Shown piece after piece: positions 12,768 through 24,561 of a stretch of DNA of 64,000 nt. The position numbers and the translations under genes were made by a program. The notes beneath the pieces were generated by a model that was given only the letters and a program-made list of their open reading frames with translations, did not search any database and had not been told where the DNA came from. The stretch's first letter is position 1. Each line of letters begins with the position of its first letter. Source of the DNA: Selaginella moellendorffii (lineage: Eukaryota; Plantae; Lycopodiophyta); contig NW_003314277.1 of the NCBI RefSeq assembly GCF_000143415.4, forward strand, positions 2,199,193 through 2,263,192, written 5' to 3'.

Positions 12768-15700
12768 TTAAAAATTTTCTTTGTGAAACTCAAATTTTGA
12801 GTTGGATATTTGGTTAAATTCACTTGATAATGCATCAAGCTCCCTAGCTAAAACCATAGGTCCACAATAGAAGACACCTTCATAAGCAAATGCAATAAGA
12901 AAGAAAATAAAAAAGAAAAATAGAAAATCTCACTCACCTATTCTTGAATTTGTATGAATGTTGGCAAGCCTGGAAAATACTTTATACCATTTGGGTCGAG
13001 CAAAGTGAGTTCTAACCTGAGTATTGGTAAGAGATTTATTATAAGCAATCAAAATGAAATCAGATCAAAGATCTTACTCTTGTTCCTGAGACAATGTCAA
13101 CACCATTCTTGGCATGATGAAAAGCTTGCATCATTGTGATGAGAGCTGAGCGAGCATCCCCTTCTTCATAAACGCTGGTGAGATAGTTATGCATCTCGAT
13201 CACTGCCTGCAAGAATATATTTTAGTGTGATATTGTCATGATCAGGCATCACCTTGTTGTCAATCTCGGCAACTTCGTTTAACACTCCTCTAAACCACTC
13301 GAACGAGCCTTGCTCTCGAGTGACCCAGTAGAAATATGCATTCGTGGGACATTGCAGCTTTCTTTCATTTCGTTTCCTGGGGCTTCGAATCTGCTTCATC
13401 GACAAGAACTGGCAAAACAATAATAATAATAGGTATGAAGATATAATACCTGTTGTTGATCTGCCAGTTTTATTTGGTTTAGCATGTCTTTGAGAACGCT
13501 GATGAAAGGCGTTGCTCCAATTCCAATTCCAACGAGCAGTAAAACATCATATTTCTGATAATCCTGGGCTGGAGCTCCATAAGGTCCATCGATTTGAAGC
13601 TTTGGGAATCTGAGAGAAAGCTTGCAATTTAAAAGTTATAAGTAACCTTTGAATAGTGTACCTGTGTCTTATGATGCTAATGTCGCTGCTCTCACTCTCC
13701 AGAACATTTTCTTTCTCTGCAAGACCTCCAAGTGCCTGAAAAACAAAAGAGATCTTTTGAACAAACCTAAGCAAAATAACAATACTATCCTAAGTGTTTT
13801 CTACTTACCTTGGAGAAGATTCTTCTAAGCTCCTCCGTCCAGTCCCCCACAGTTCGTATATGCACACTTAAATGCCTGTCACTAGGAGCGGAGGTAATAG
13901 AAAATGGATGCCTGAAAACAATGTAAATAGCTTCCAAAATAATGTTTTCTTTAACTTACCATTCAAAAGGAGAGATGGATATACATTTGATAAATAGATA
14001 CATGCCACTCTTATACTTGAACGTAGGTGGCTTTGTCATCTTCAAGGCAAGAACATTTCCAGGATGAATAGCAGCCTTCATATACACAAAAGAGTTTAAC
14101 AGCAACTTCCACAATCCAATGAAACTTCTCACCTTGACAACTTGTACTGTGAAATGTCTAGCTCGAAATGCTGAGAGGATCCTCTCCACTGAGTAAAGAA
14201 GCACTGGCACAGAGAGATACATCCATGTCTACCAGATCAAAACTCATACTTTTGTTAGGACAACATGCTAGGAAAACAAACTGTAACCAGCTTACTGATT
14301 TCGCCACCCAGTCGTTTGTGAAAAATAAGAAGATGGAGTGAAGCAGCAAAAGCACGTAAACCACCATGAAAAGGTGGTGGGAGTACCAAAATGCGTTAAA
14401 CCCCGTCAACCTGTGCAAGGGCCAAGGGAGCCTCACGAGATTCCTACGAAACCATCTCGTTGCCAGCACGAACGCGATGCTCATCATAATCACCATGCTA
14501 ATCCCTGTAACACCCTCTATAGAAACCAAGATCCCCACGTAAGTTGGCTGCTTGTAGTGGAACCCTCGCCCGAGATAGATCATAAACTCTTCCTCGCTCG
14601 CCCGAATGATCCTGGGAAAATCACACGCGAGATGAACCGTCGCGTGGATTCCAACCCCCGCAACGATGGCTCCTGCAATTATCTGCAAACGTATCAGTCA
14701 CCAGGAACTTAGAACCCACAGCACGAACTTTCTACTTCACTATTTGGTTCTCAGAAACTTTAGTTCTAAACGCTTGCCTTGTGGAAGTTTAGACTGTCAT
14801 CGAATGGAACAACACTTCCCACGATCGTGGAGCGAAGCCAAGTGATGGTGTTCCTGCAAACCGGGAGGAGAACCAAAGCCATGTTGAGCTTGAGTGTCTC
14901 GGCGGCTCCTTTGGCCGAGCAAAGGCAGTAGCCGAGAAGCTTGAAAGCCGAGGTTTGCTTGTATGCGAAGAACTTCCAGAGAAAAAGCCCACACATTGCA
15001 AAGATCCACAAGCCCACCACCCAGACACGCTGCCAGTTCTCGATGACGAAGTATTTGATCTTCCTGGCACAGAGTATGATCTTCCCGGATTGTTCAAATG
15101 CCAGAGTCTGGCTCCAAGTTTGGCTGTAATTGAGATAACCATCTTGTGCTAGTGATGCGAATTGTCCCAGCATCAAACTCTCGAGCTGCCAGAGCTAGCA
15201 AATCAAAGAAGAGATTGAAAAGGTGGTGAAGGTTTTATAAACTTGAAACTTACTTCAATGTAGCCGATTCCGCTAGGATCCAGCTCTTCCATGATGAGGG
15301 CCGCATATTCCTCGGCTTGCTCGTTGAGCTTTGATAGCTTGTTGGCCGAAGCGCTGAGAATAATAATCTGGGACGAAAACCAAAGACAGAGTAGTGTATT
15401 TAAGATAGAAGTGGAACCTATCAGCTAAATTCCACGCACCTCTTTCACTTCTTCCTCGGTGATACGTCCATCTGCGTCCTTGTCACACCTAAATTATAGG
15501 AGAACAAGATAGAAAACGATAAGAAGGTGGCGGGCAATGAGATTATTTAAAACGTGAGACGAGTGGGAGTGATGCGCTTACATATCGAAAAAGATTTGGA
15601 TCCTGGAGTCGAAGCTTTGGTCAGATAGCTGCAACCAAAACTCGTAGAGCTCCTCTTTGTTAATGCACTGGAGGTTTTGGTGCTTCCTCCGTGCAAGCGC

Positions 15701-15972
15701 GTCGAAAAGCTCGCCAGTGAATTCCCTCGAGTCTGGCATCCCTGGAAGAAAAAACCATTGCAAGCTTGAGAGATTTCAGCCGAGAAATCAGATAAAAGAA
15801 AAAGAAAAGTTTTATGTGAGCTTGGGAGGAGAAGAACGCAAAATGGGGAAGAACAATGTCAAAAGTCTGGAAACGTGTCAAGAAATTCTTGCTATGGACC
15901 ACGAGAAACATGTAGAACCTGTAGAGGCAATCCAATCATGCAAGAACTTTGATCCATCATGGAAATTTGTGA

Positions 15973-16011
<39 letters not shown>

Positions 16012-16612
16012 ATTGGAATTGCTCACCAATGCACAGGCCAAAATCGCCACGATCGAGCATCCCATCCGGCTTGGCGAGCTGTTGAAACCTCATCTCCACC
16101 GCCTCCCACACCGCCTTTTGGTCCGCGCTCTCGATCGCGCGGCTGATGTATCGGAGCCCCTGCAACGCAGTCTCGGCCCCGGATCTCGATCGCGCCAGGA
16201 ACAGATCCCCACTCTGCTGCTTGCGGATTCGCGGCTGCTGCTGCGATGCCGACGATCGCGACGACACCGCGCTATTGCTCCTGCTCAGCGCCAGGATCTT
16301 CACCAGGCGGTCGCGATCCGGCGAGCTGGGCCGCGACCGCGACCTCGATCGCGGGGTGCTCGCCGCCCAGTTGCGAATCAGCTCCAGCTCCTGGGAGATT
16401 TGCTTGGAGATGAATCGCCCCGACTGGGTCGTGTGGCGCAGCAAGCTCGCCAGCGTGATCCTGCCGCTGGGCTGTGGATCGTCGCAGCGATCGTCCAGCG
16501 CGCTCACGCTCCTCACCCTTACATTGTCGTCGCGCACATCGATTGTCAATTCCAGCATCCTGGATTCGTCCACATTGTCCTCGTCCCCTGGCGATTTAGG
16601 ACATACTTCCAT
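12768..16612 (-). CDS. RBOH: Respiratory burst oxidase homolog (NADPH oxidase), multi-exon
   Basis: [18 protein letters not shown]-hand region ([15 protein letters not shown]), [68 protein letters not shown], terminal FEFHKENF*. Confidence 0.96.
15970..16009. repeat. (GT)n(GA)n microsatellite in RBOH intron 1
   Basis: Seen directly. Confidence 0.95.
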
Positions 16613-17057
16613 TGCCTCGCAAGAACACGAGCGAAATCTTCCCCCTTCTCTGGATAGCTCGATCAAAGCCGCGATTTGAGGCACGATCGCCAATTGGGAT
16701 CCAGGATCTGTCCTTGAGTGACGGAATTTAGCGAAATCCTGGATCAAATCATCGCTCTAGCCTGCTCTGCCGCGAAATTGTCAGCTCCCTGGAACAATGT
16801 AGGCTCCCAGGATCGACTAAGATCGCTGTTCACGCCATAGATTTGCCCTTTTTCTCTTGTCTTCAAATTCCTCCAGCTGGTGAGAAAAGCATCGGTCGCG
16901 ACGATTGATTGATTGGGATGGATCCCATGATCCCTCTCTTGCCTGCCAACAGTAAGCCCACAGCGAAGGAAATTTTCTATTCTTCTTCCCACAAGTCCAC
17001 CATAGCTAACGAAGCTTCTCCTTCTTCTACTTCCACTTCCATTCTTTCTCTATTCTT

Positions 17058-17061
<4 letters not shown>

Positions 17062-17090
<29 letters not shown>
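17062..17090. repeat. (CT)n microsatellite upstream of RBOH
   Basis: Seen directly. Confidence 0.95.
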
Positions 17091-17093
<3 letters not shown>

Positions 17094-17613
17094 CTTATAG
17101 TCAAGACACTGCCGCTTTGTATTTTTATTTTTGCCCTAGCTTCGCCATCGCTGGTTTCCAGCTGCTCGCACGAAGTGTGACGACTTCCTATTCGCAGGAC
17201 CGAATATTCGCCAAAAGGGCCGCTTAAACCTAAACCACTACAGTTAATGAGGAACCAAACCCAGCCAATACCGACGCGACACGTGGCCCACTCGTCGGTC
17301 AGTTTAAAAGCCTCGAGTTCCGCTGACCGGCCCAATCTAGTGCCCGAAAAAAGAATTAGCCACCAATTAAGTAAAGCAAAATTCAATGCACGTCTTGCAT
17401 GAATCATGATAGAGAAGGACGTATATGCCACCGCGTTTGAGTGGAGAACTTTGATTCCTTTTTTTTCTTCTTTTCAAAGCCAAGGACCTGGCAATGGGGG
17501 AGAAAATTGGCCGATCAGAGTGCTAGAAAACTCACTCTTACCTCGATCAAGTCTCTCAGTGTCCTCCCGGTTGCTAGTGATGTGCCTGGAAGTGATAACA
17601 ACGTGTAAGAACT

Positions 17614-19489
17614 TTAGAACCAAGAAACACAATTTTGAGAAACTTGGACCTGCGAGGAGCTGAGAATCTCCACGGCAGTAGTGATGTCCCCGTTTGAAGC
17701 ACTCAAAGCTTCGCTTGCTCGGCTCTGTCCAGTAGAAAGTTAAAGGAGGATGTTAGCAGCTCAAACGAGATAGCGGAAGAAAGGACCAAACCTGTTCAAA
17801 TCCCATTGCCACCAAGCTCCGGAGGCTGGCAGCTTTGTCTACTTGTTGCCCCTGAGAGAAAAGATAATATTTTTTTTCGGGTAAGCGCACGACTGACATG
17901 GAAGTCTCAAACAAGGAAAACCTGGACGGCTGACTGTGGAGGCGCATTGCTACCGCCTCTGGCTGGAGTGGAAGGCCTGTGAAACACAGATTCTAGCTGA
18001 GGAGGATGTAAACTTAATCCATACCTTATTCCTGGCGGTGATGGCCTTCCATGGCCACCCGTAGAAACGGGAGGAGCTTCCACTAATTCGAGGTCGTCGT
18101 CTTCCAGTAATCTGGCTTCTAGATCCGTCGCATTTGCGGTTGCTGGCGGCGTGGTTTGTTGCTGCAGCCTTGAAACACCTCCCAGTGTTCTACCAGTGCC
18201 GGGGAACCTCTGCCAAAAGGAACAAAGTCAGGCGCACCGCATGAAGCTTTGTGCGTAAAATACCTCATCGATAGGAACGTCTCTTTGTGGCGTCAACGAA
18301 GACCGCAAGCGGCTCCACGTGTCACCAAAGTTGAGGGTGTTACTGCTGCCGAAAGGCGAAAGGCAATATTTTAGATGACAGAAAGCCAAGGCCAAACAAC
18401 ATACCTCGAAGTAGAAAACGTAGGAAGAGTTGCATTGGCAGAGCCACCCCCAACAATAAATCCCGGCCTTCTCATGCACGATGCCTGTTTCAATCAAAGA
18501 AGTTAAAGCCTTAAAAATCGTGCTTTTTACAAGTAAAGAAGAGCTTTCGATCTTGGTGTATGTCGCCTGGGACAGCATTAAGACGTTGAACAATCCATAA
18601 GAATCTACAAAAACCACGTGAATCAGAAAACGCATCAAAGCCAAAAACCTTCTTACGGACATGCAAATCCAGACAAAATCCCGCTAAGATGCCCGAGCAA
18701 CGAAACTCTTGGCATGATCATCTGGAAAATGATCAATAAAACCCATGGATACCTGTAAATCAAACTTTAGAGAGGCTACAAGAGCAGAAAATGTCCTTAC
18801 CATTTTGCAGGCACGTTGAACAAACCAAAGATGCTACAGCAAGAAGTTAGCCGACTGAAGCGAAGAAAATCCAACAATACCTTCGATTTTGGCCGGTGTA
18901 GAGGCTGCCTTCTATGACGATCATGGCAAAGAGAATGCCGGAGAAACCAATCTGACACTCCATCAACACACTCTTGTGCACATAAATCGGGTTGTACGCG
19001 ACAATGTAGGCAATGAGGATGTGAATCACCGCGTTGCTCACGGCCAGAAGCAAGATGACGTGAAGATATCTCACGGACCCCATAATACGCTCCAACGAGC
19101 TTCCAATGGGAACCAAAGCAAGCATGTTGAAAAGAACGTGTAGAAGCGATGCATGGAACAAGACAGCGGTGATAGCCCTGTACACTGAAAAGGAAGAAAC
19201 ACACTTCTTCATTTGCCAGAAAAAAAAATTCCTTGCTTGAAACTTACCTTGAAAATTACCGATCACACTGTCTGTGGAGAAGCACACTTGCTGGAAATTG
19301 TCGTAGCCAATGAGAAGATCCACGATGTAGATGGCAACGCAGAGGATGAGAGTTCCTCCAGTGATCGCCGGAATGCTCGCCCACCATTGCGAAGCGCGAG
19401 TGCTCAAGCTAGCCTGCAAGAATAGAGGAAGTTAGGAGCGCCGGAGCCCTCTCTTTTCTCTTTACCTCCGAAACCACGTTAGGCGGCAT
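17614..19489 (-). CDS. RBL15: Rhomboid-like protein with C-terminal UBA domain (RBL15-like), multi-exon; 3' end approximate
   Basis: MPPNVVSE|ASLSTRASQWWASIP, HASLLHVLFNM, catalytic IGFSG, LLGHLSGI, UBA (LVAMGFE..ALSASNGDITTAVEIL). Confidence 0.9.
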
Positions 19490-19605
19490 GGGCCTGGACT
19501 GGAACTCCCCTCTCGCCAGGGTTTCCAGAGGATTCCGCCACGGAAAGGCGAGGCAAAGTTCCGTAACGGAAAGCCTCTCGCGATCAACGGTGACGATACG
19601 CGGGG

Positions 19606-21435
19606 ATGAAGATCTTGCAGTCCGTCACGAGGGCTTCCCTCCGCCACGACCAGCTCCTCGAGGAGCTGCGATGCGCGGCGATCAAGCCCAATCTCTCGCA
19701 GACCAAGCGGCTCCACGACCAGATCCTCCCCAATGCTCGCATCCGCCAGAAGCCCTTCCTCCTCAACCGGCTGATCTACCTGTATGGCAAATGCGGCGCG
19801 CTCGATCAGGCCTGGGAGGTATTCGTGAACAAGTACCAGAGAGATTCCTTCTCCTGGAACTTGATCATCGCGGCCTACGCAGAGAATGGAAGATTAGAGA
19901 GAGCGAGGGAAGTTTTCGACAAGATGGACGAGCCAGATGTGGTTACCTGGACGACGATGCTCCGCGCCTACGCCCAAGCCGGGCAGATCGCCGAGGCGCG
20001 GCGGCTCTTCGATCGCATCTCCTCGCCCGACACCGTCGCCTACAACACGATCATCGCGGCCTACGTCCACGCCAGGGAGCTGGATCAGGCCCGGCAGCTC
20101 TTCGATCGGATGGAGAAGAAGAGCATCTGTACCTGGAATTCGATGATCGCGGCCTATTCCCAGCTCGGGGATCTTGAAATATCAAGATCCATGTTCGATG
20201 CGATGCCGCGGCGCAGCGTAATCACCTGGAACTCGCTCGTCACGGCCTACGCTCGATCCGGCGAGCTGGATGCCGCGGACAGCCTCTTCGATCGGATGCC
20301 GCAGCGCGACGTCGTCTCCTGGACCGCGATGCTCGCCGCAAATACCCTAGCCGGGAACCTCGATCGCCTCCGCGCGCTCTTCGATGCGATGCCCGAGCGC
20401 AATGCCGTGTCGTGGAACTCGATGATCTCGGCGCACACGCACCGCGCGCGGCCGGACGACGCGCAGGATTTCTTCGATCGAATGCCAATGCACACAACCC
20501 TAGCCTGGAACACGCTCCTCTCCGCGCACGCCCAGGCCGGCAACGTAGAGGGCGTGGAGTGGATATTCCACCGCATCCCAGAGAAGAACTCCCTCTCCTA
20601 CACCGCCATGGTCCGGGCATATTCCCAGAACAATTTGCTAGCGCAGGCGCGTCGCGTGTTCGATTCCATGCCCCAATTCGACACCGTCTCAGCAAATGCC
20701 CTTCTTACCGCAAATGCCATAATGGGGGATCTAGAGTCAGCAAAGCGTATCTTCGCCCGGATTCCCTTCCCAAGCCCCGCGGCGTGCACGACCATGATCA
20801 CTGCATATTCCCAGCAAGGGAATATCCGGCAGGCAAAGATCCTCTTTGACTCCCTGCCCGAGCCGGACGTGGTATCTTGGACCGCGATGGCCGCGGCATA
20901 TGCCGACAACGGGAACATCCTCGAGGCGAAGCGGATATTCGACGCCCAGCCAGTCCGGGATCGCATCTCGTGGACGGCGATGGCTGCCGCGTTCGCGAGC
21001 AATGGCTTCGCGCGAGAGGCGATCCATCTCGTGTGGATCATCAGCCTGGAGGGGCTCAGGGCGGACGAGGCGGCATTCTCGAGCGTGCTGAGCGCCGCGA
21101 GCCGGGTGGGGCGATTGGAGGACGCGATCGAGTTCTTCGTCTCCATGATCGGCGATCACGGGCTCGCCCCAATTCGCGAGCACTACTGCTGCGTCGTGGA
21201 TGCGCTCGCGCGCGCTGGGCGATTGGCCGATGCCGAGGAGCTCGTCGAGAGCATGCCATTCCTCCCCGGAGACACCGCTTGGGGATCGCTGCTCACGGCG
21301 TCTAGGACCCAGCGCGATCTGGATCGCGGCGAGAGATCCAGTGGAGAGATGGGCGATCTAGATCCCAGCAATGCCGCACCCCTCAAGGCCATGTTTAATA
21401 TATACAAGGAGAAAGATCATCACCATCTCTCATAA
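19606..21435 (+). CDS. PLS-class pentatricopeptide repeat protein with E domain, no DYW (609 aa, intronless)
   Basis: Tandem ~31-aa repeats (VVSWTAMLAA..G.L..AR.LFD.MP); HYCCVVDALARAGRL..A and MPFLPGDTAWGSLL E motif. Confidence 0.95.
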   Translation: MKILQSVTRASLRHDQLLEELRCAAIKPNLSQTKRLHDQILPNARIRQKPFLLNRLIYLYGKCGALDQAWEVFVNKYQRDSFSWNLIIAAYAENGRLERAREVFDKMDEPDVVTWTTMLRAYAQAGQIAEARRLFDRISSPDTVAYNTIIAAYVHARELDQARQLFDRMEKKSICTWNSMIAAYSQLGDLEISRSMFDAMPRRSVITWNSLVTAYARSGELDAADSLFDRMPQRDVVSWTAMLAANTLAGNLDRLRALFDAMPERNAVSWNSMISAHTHRARPDDAQDFFDRMPMHTTLAWNTLLSAHAQAGNVEGVEWIFHRIPEKNSLSYTAMVRAYSQNNLLAQARRVFDSMPQFDTVSANALLTANAIMGDLESAKRIFARIPFPSPAACTTMITAYSQQGNIRQAKILFDSLPEPDVVSWTAMAAAYADNGNILEAKRIFDAQPVRDRISWTAMAAAFASNGFAREAIHLVWIISLEGLRADEAAFSSVLSAASRVGRLEDAIEFFVSMIGDHGLAPIREHYCCVVDALARAGRLADAEELVESMPFLPGDTAWGSLLTASRTQRDLDRGERSSGEMGDLDPSNAAPLKAMFNIYKEKDHHHLS

Positions 21436-21477
21436 TCAATGCTTCTTCTTTGACACAAAGGAGTGATACCTTTTCTA

Positions 21478-23499
21478 TCACTCCCTGTAGTTGTAAAGCC
21501 TGTGGGATTTCACGTATTCGATCACGCCATCGTGAACTAGATACTTCACCGACAGTGCCCTCTCGAAGCTTTGCCTGCGAAGAAAGAAAACGAGAGATTT
21601 TAGAGACAAAAGAGTGATTTTTCTTCACCTGACGATTGTGGAGCTTACGCCGATCTGTGCCATGTCTTCCATAGCCAGGATGTTTCTCTGCAAAATCTCC
21701 GGAGAACACAAAACCATGACAAGAGAATGAGAAGACTGCTGGGAGCTTACTCGGTGTCTGTGCAAAGTCTCGTTTTGGAAGACGACTTTGTCGATGCTTT
21801 GTCCGTCCCTGCTGAGACAGACGATCCCGTAGTCTCGACAGATTCGCTCTACGTGATCCGGGATCCAAATGCTTGCGTCTTCCAAAGTTGCGAGGAGATC
21901 AACTCCGCAAAGCAGCATTATCCTTACGGTTCCTGCGTAGCGTGACAGACGTTTACTTCAGTTCCTTGAAACGCAAAAAGAATCTATCAGTCGCTGACCT
22001 TCAGTGATCATTCCCCCATTGATACAGTGATCTACTCTAGCTAGAACATCGACAGTTCGTTGACGTGTTGGTTGCCTCGCCTAAAGGAAACTTAAGCGTC
22101 AAGATGAGAAGACCAAAGAAAAAAAAAACCATTTTTTTACCTCCCAGCTATCAACCATGATGAATGGCGAGTCTGCTGTAGAGATTTGACACATTTGTAT
22201 TCTATGCTCAGCTAGAGCCAGCCCCTGGAAGACGAAAAGCGAGTTAAGTAACATCGATGTTTGGAGAAGAACCTACAGGCTTTGCATATCCGTCGTGAAC
22301 AGGAGACATATAACCGCCGAGTACACTATATCCCTCCGACATCAAACGGTTCCTGGCGAGCTCTATAGAAAACGAAAAACCGAATGTAAGTTCCTGGCGA
22401 GCTCTCTAGAAAATGAAACAAAAAAAGTGAATGTAAACTACGAATGCCTGGAAAGACATACCAAACATTCGAAGATGCATGATCGTCGGAGGATTGAAGC
22501 TTCCGGTGGCAACGAGAATGACACCCGGTCTCCTGGCAAAACCAACAAAACCCAGCTGCTAAGAGCGATCAAAAAGAGACTGAAACTCTCACCGCAAAGA
22601 GCCATCCAAGTTTCGTATCAGCTGGCTCCCGAGCTTGTCCAAGCAGATTGGAACATCGACATGACCTGCAAATCTTATAAGCAGAATGAACCGAATGAAA
22701 ACGAACGAAAAAAACGAAAGAAAAGCGAAAAAAAAGAAAGAAATGGAAGAACTCGCAACGTACTTAGAGCCATCTCAAACCGAGACAAGGAACTGCTGCT
22801 AGAGTTCCCAGCAACCGTGGAGTTCCCAGCCATGGTGGAGTTGCCATTCCCGGGAGCTCCATTTGGATCCAAGCACCGCGCCCTCCTTCCATTCCTATCC
22901 CCGAGAAACTCCGCCATGCTCTCAAACAACTGGACTCTAAACGTCGCCGGGAGCTCCTTGGCCTTGGTCTTCTCCTTCTTAAGAACATCGTCCAGCTCCC
23001 AGTAGCTGGGATGCCCGATCTTCTTGTTCCACTCCACGATTTGCTTGTAGGCCGTCAAGAGATTCGACCACTTTCGCTCGATCTCCTTGGGCTGCCGATC
23101 CACGCCCATCGGCAGCAGCAAATTCCTCACCTCGGTCCACTTCTCGTTGGCGGATTTGAAGACGTGCTTGCCATTCTTCCCGGCCAGGAGGAGCTTCATG
23201 TGGACTTGCTTGTAAGCGCTTACCAGGGCGTCCATCTCCGAGTCCTGCCACATCTCCGCCCGCTTCTTCTTGCTGCCTACGCTCTCCGTCTTGTCGATCT
23301 CGTCGCCGCCGAGCCCCTCCTCCATCGCTGCCGGATGATGCTGGTGATGCTGCTGCTGGTGATTGCCCGCCGCCCCCAAATCCCTGGAGAAGCTGCCCAG
23401 GCTCACGGATGGATCCTCCAGATCGGCGGGATCGAATGCGGCGACGCTGGCCTCCTCCGAGGGCGCGAACTTCAGCGGGCTGGGAAGCATACCCGCCAT
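21478..23499 (-). CDS. NMNAT: Trihelix (SH4/ASR3-like Myb/SANT) DNA-binding domain fused to nicotinamide/nicotinate mononucleotide adenylyltransferase; 9 exons, 489 aa
   Basis: Exons 23499-22764, 22665-22593, 22532-22462, 22362-22277, 22224-22141, 22080-21999, 21932-21751, 21687-21629, 21574-21478 sum to 1470 nt, all GT-AG and in frame; trihelix W..KW..R..KWSNL..YK..EW..SYW..LP motif plus NMNAT GSFNPPTIMHLRMFE, GGYMSPV, VDSWE, VSSTIVR, SVKYL. Confidence 0.88.
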
Positions 23500-23738
23500 A
23501 GCTCGGAGCTTCGGGGAAAAAACCCTAAAAGAAGAAATATTTTGCTTTGTGGGGTTTAACGGGAATCGAGCCCAGAACAAAGCAATCCTGACGTGGTCAT
23601 CGACGTGGCAGGAATTCTGACCTGGCATTATGCACGTCCCAGATTCTGCCACGTGTCTGAGTAACTAGAGATCTCTAGAGCCTTCTTTTCTTCCCATTTA
23701 AATGCCGGAGAGAGCTACTGGGTGAGTATCCAAGAACA
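23500..23738. promoter_or_regulatory. Divergent promoter with telo-box, G-box/ABRE-like elements and an imperfect heat-shock element
   Basis: AAACCCTAA at 23521; TGACGTGG, CGACGTGG, GCCACGTGTC; GAGatCTCtaGAGccTTC at ~23668-23685. Confidence 0.55.
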
Positions 23739-24561
23739 ATGGCTTTGGTGTTTAATCCTCTAGCTCTATGCGCTCCTCCAGCGATTACTAGGGTTTGTTC
23801 TCGGCCAGGCAATCGCAGCTCCAGCGCCAGGCCCTGCGCTCGCGATAGGCGATTGCGCGTTAGAGCGTCGGCAGCGCCGGATCAAAACAGCATCAAGATC
23901 CAGCAGCAGCAATCCTCGCCCCAGCAGCTCCAGAGAACGAATGGATCCTCTTCCCCTCCCCAGCAGCAACAGCAGCAGCAAAGGCCGTCGATGGCATCGA
24001 GAAGACAATCCTCGCCCCTCTCGCCGCTGGGTAAGAATCTCCGATCGAAATCTCTCTCCCGGAGTGATTCTTAGAAATCGCGAATGTCTCTCTCTCTTCA
24101 CAGATTTGTGGGATCCATTCATGCCGGCGTCCAGGAGCTTCGGCCAGATGCTCGACGCGATGAATCAAGTGCTGGAGACTGGAGCGATGCCGACGCCGGC
24201 GCCATCGATGCTGCCCACGATCCAGCGCCGGAGCTCCGGGCGATTGCCGTGGGACGTGATGGAGGACGAGGAGGCCTTTAGGATGCGCGTGGACATGCCC
24301 GGGCTCGCCAGGGACGAGGTGAAGGTATCGATCGTGGACGATGGCTTCTTGCTCATCAAGGGCGAGACGAGCAAGGAGAGGAAGGAAGGGGGCGACAAAT
24401 GGGCGGCGCGAAGCGTGGGGTCTTACGAGTCGAGGGTGATGATCCCGGACAATGTGGAGGTGGACAAGATCACGGCGGAGCTGAAAGACGGCGTGCTCTA
24501 CGTGACGGTGCCCAAGAAGAAGATTGAGGCCAAGAAACCCGTCGAGATTCAGGTGTCCTAG
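23739..24561 (+). CDS. HSP21: Plastid small heat shock protein (HSP21-like), 2 exons (intron ~24031-24102)
   Basis: Transit-peptide-like N-terminus; DPFMPASRSFGQMLDAMNQV Met-rich region; RLPWDV, RVDMPGL, AELKDGVLYVTVPK alpha-crystallin domain. Confidence 0.9.

Noticed and set aside
22675-23652. Stand-alone 325-aa trihelix ORF
   Set aside because: Its Phe-rich tail is pyrimidine-rich intron read-through, and the downstream NMNAT exons lack their own Met.
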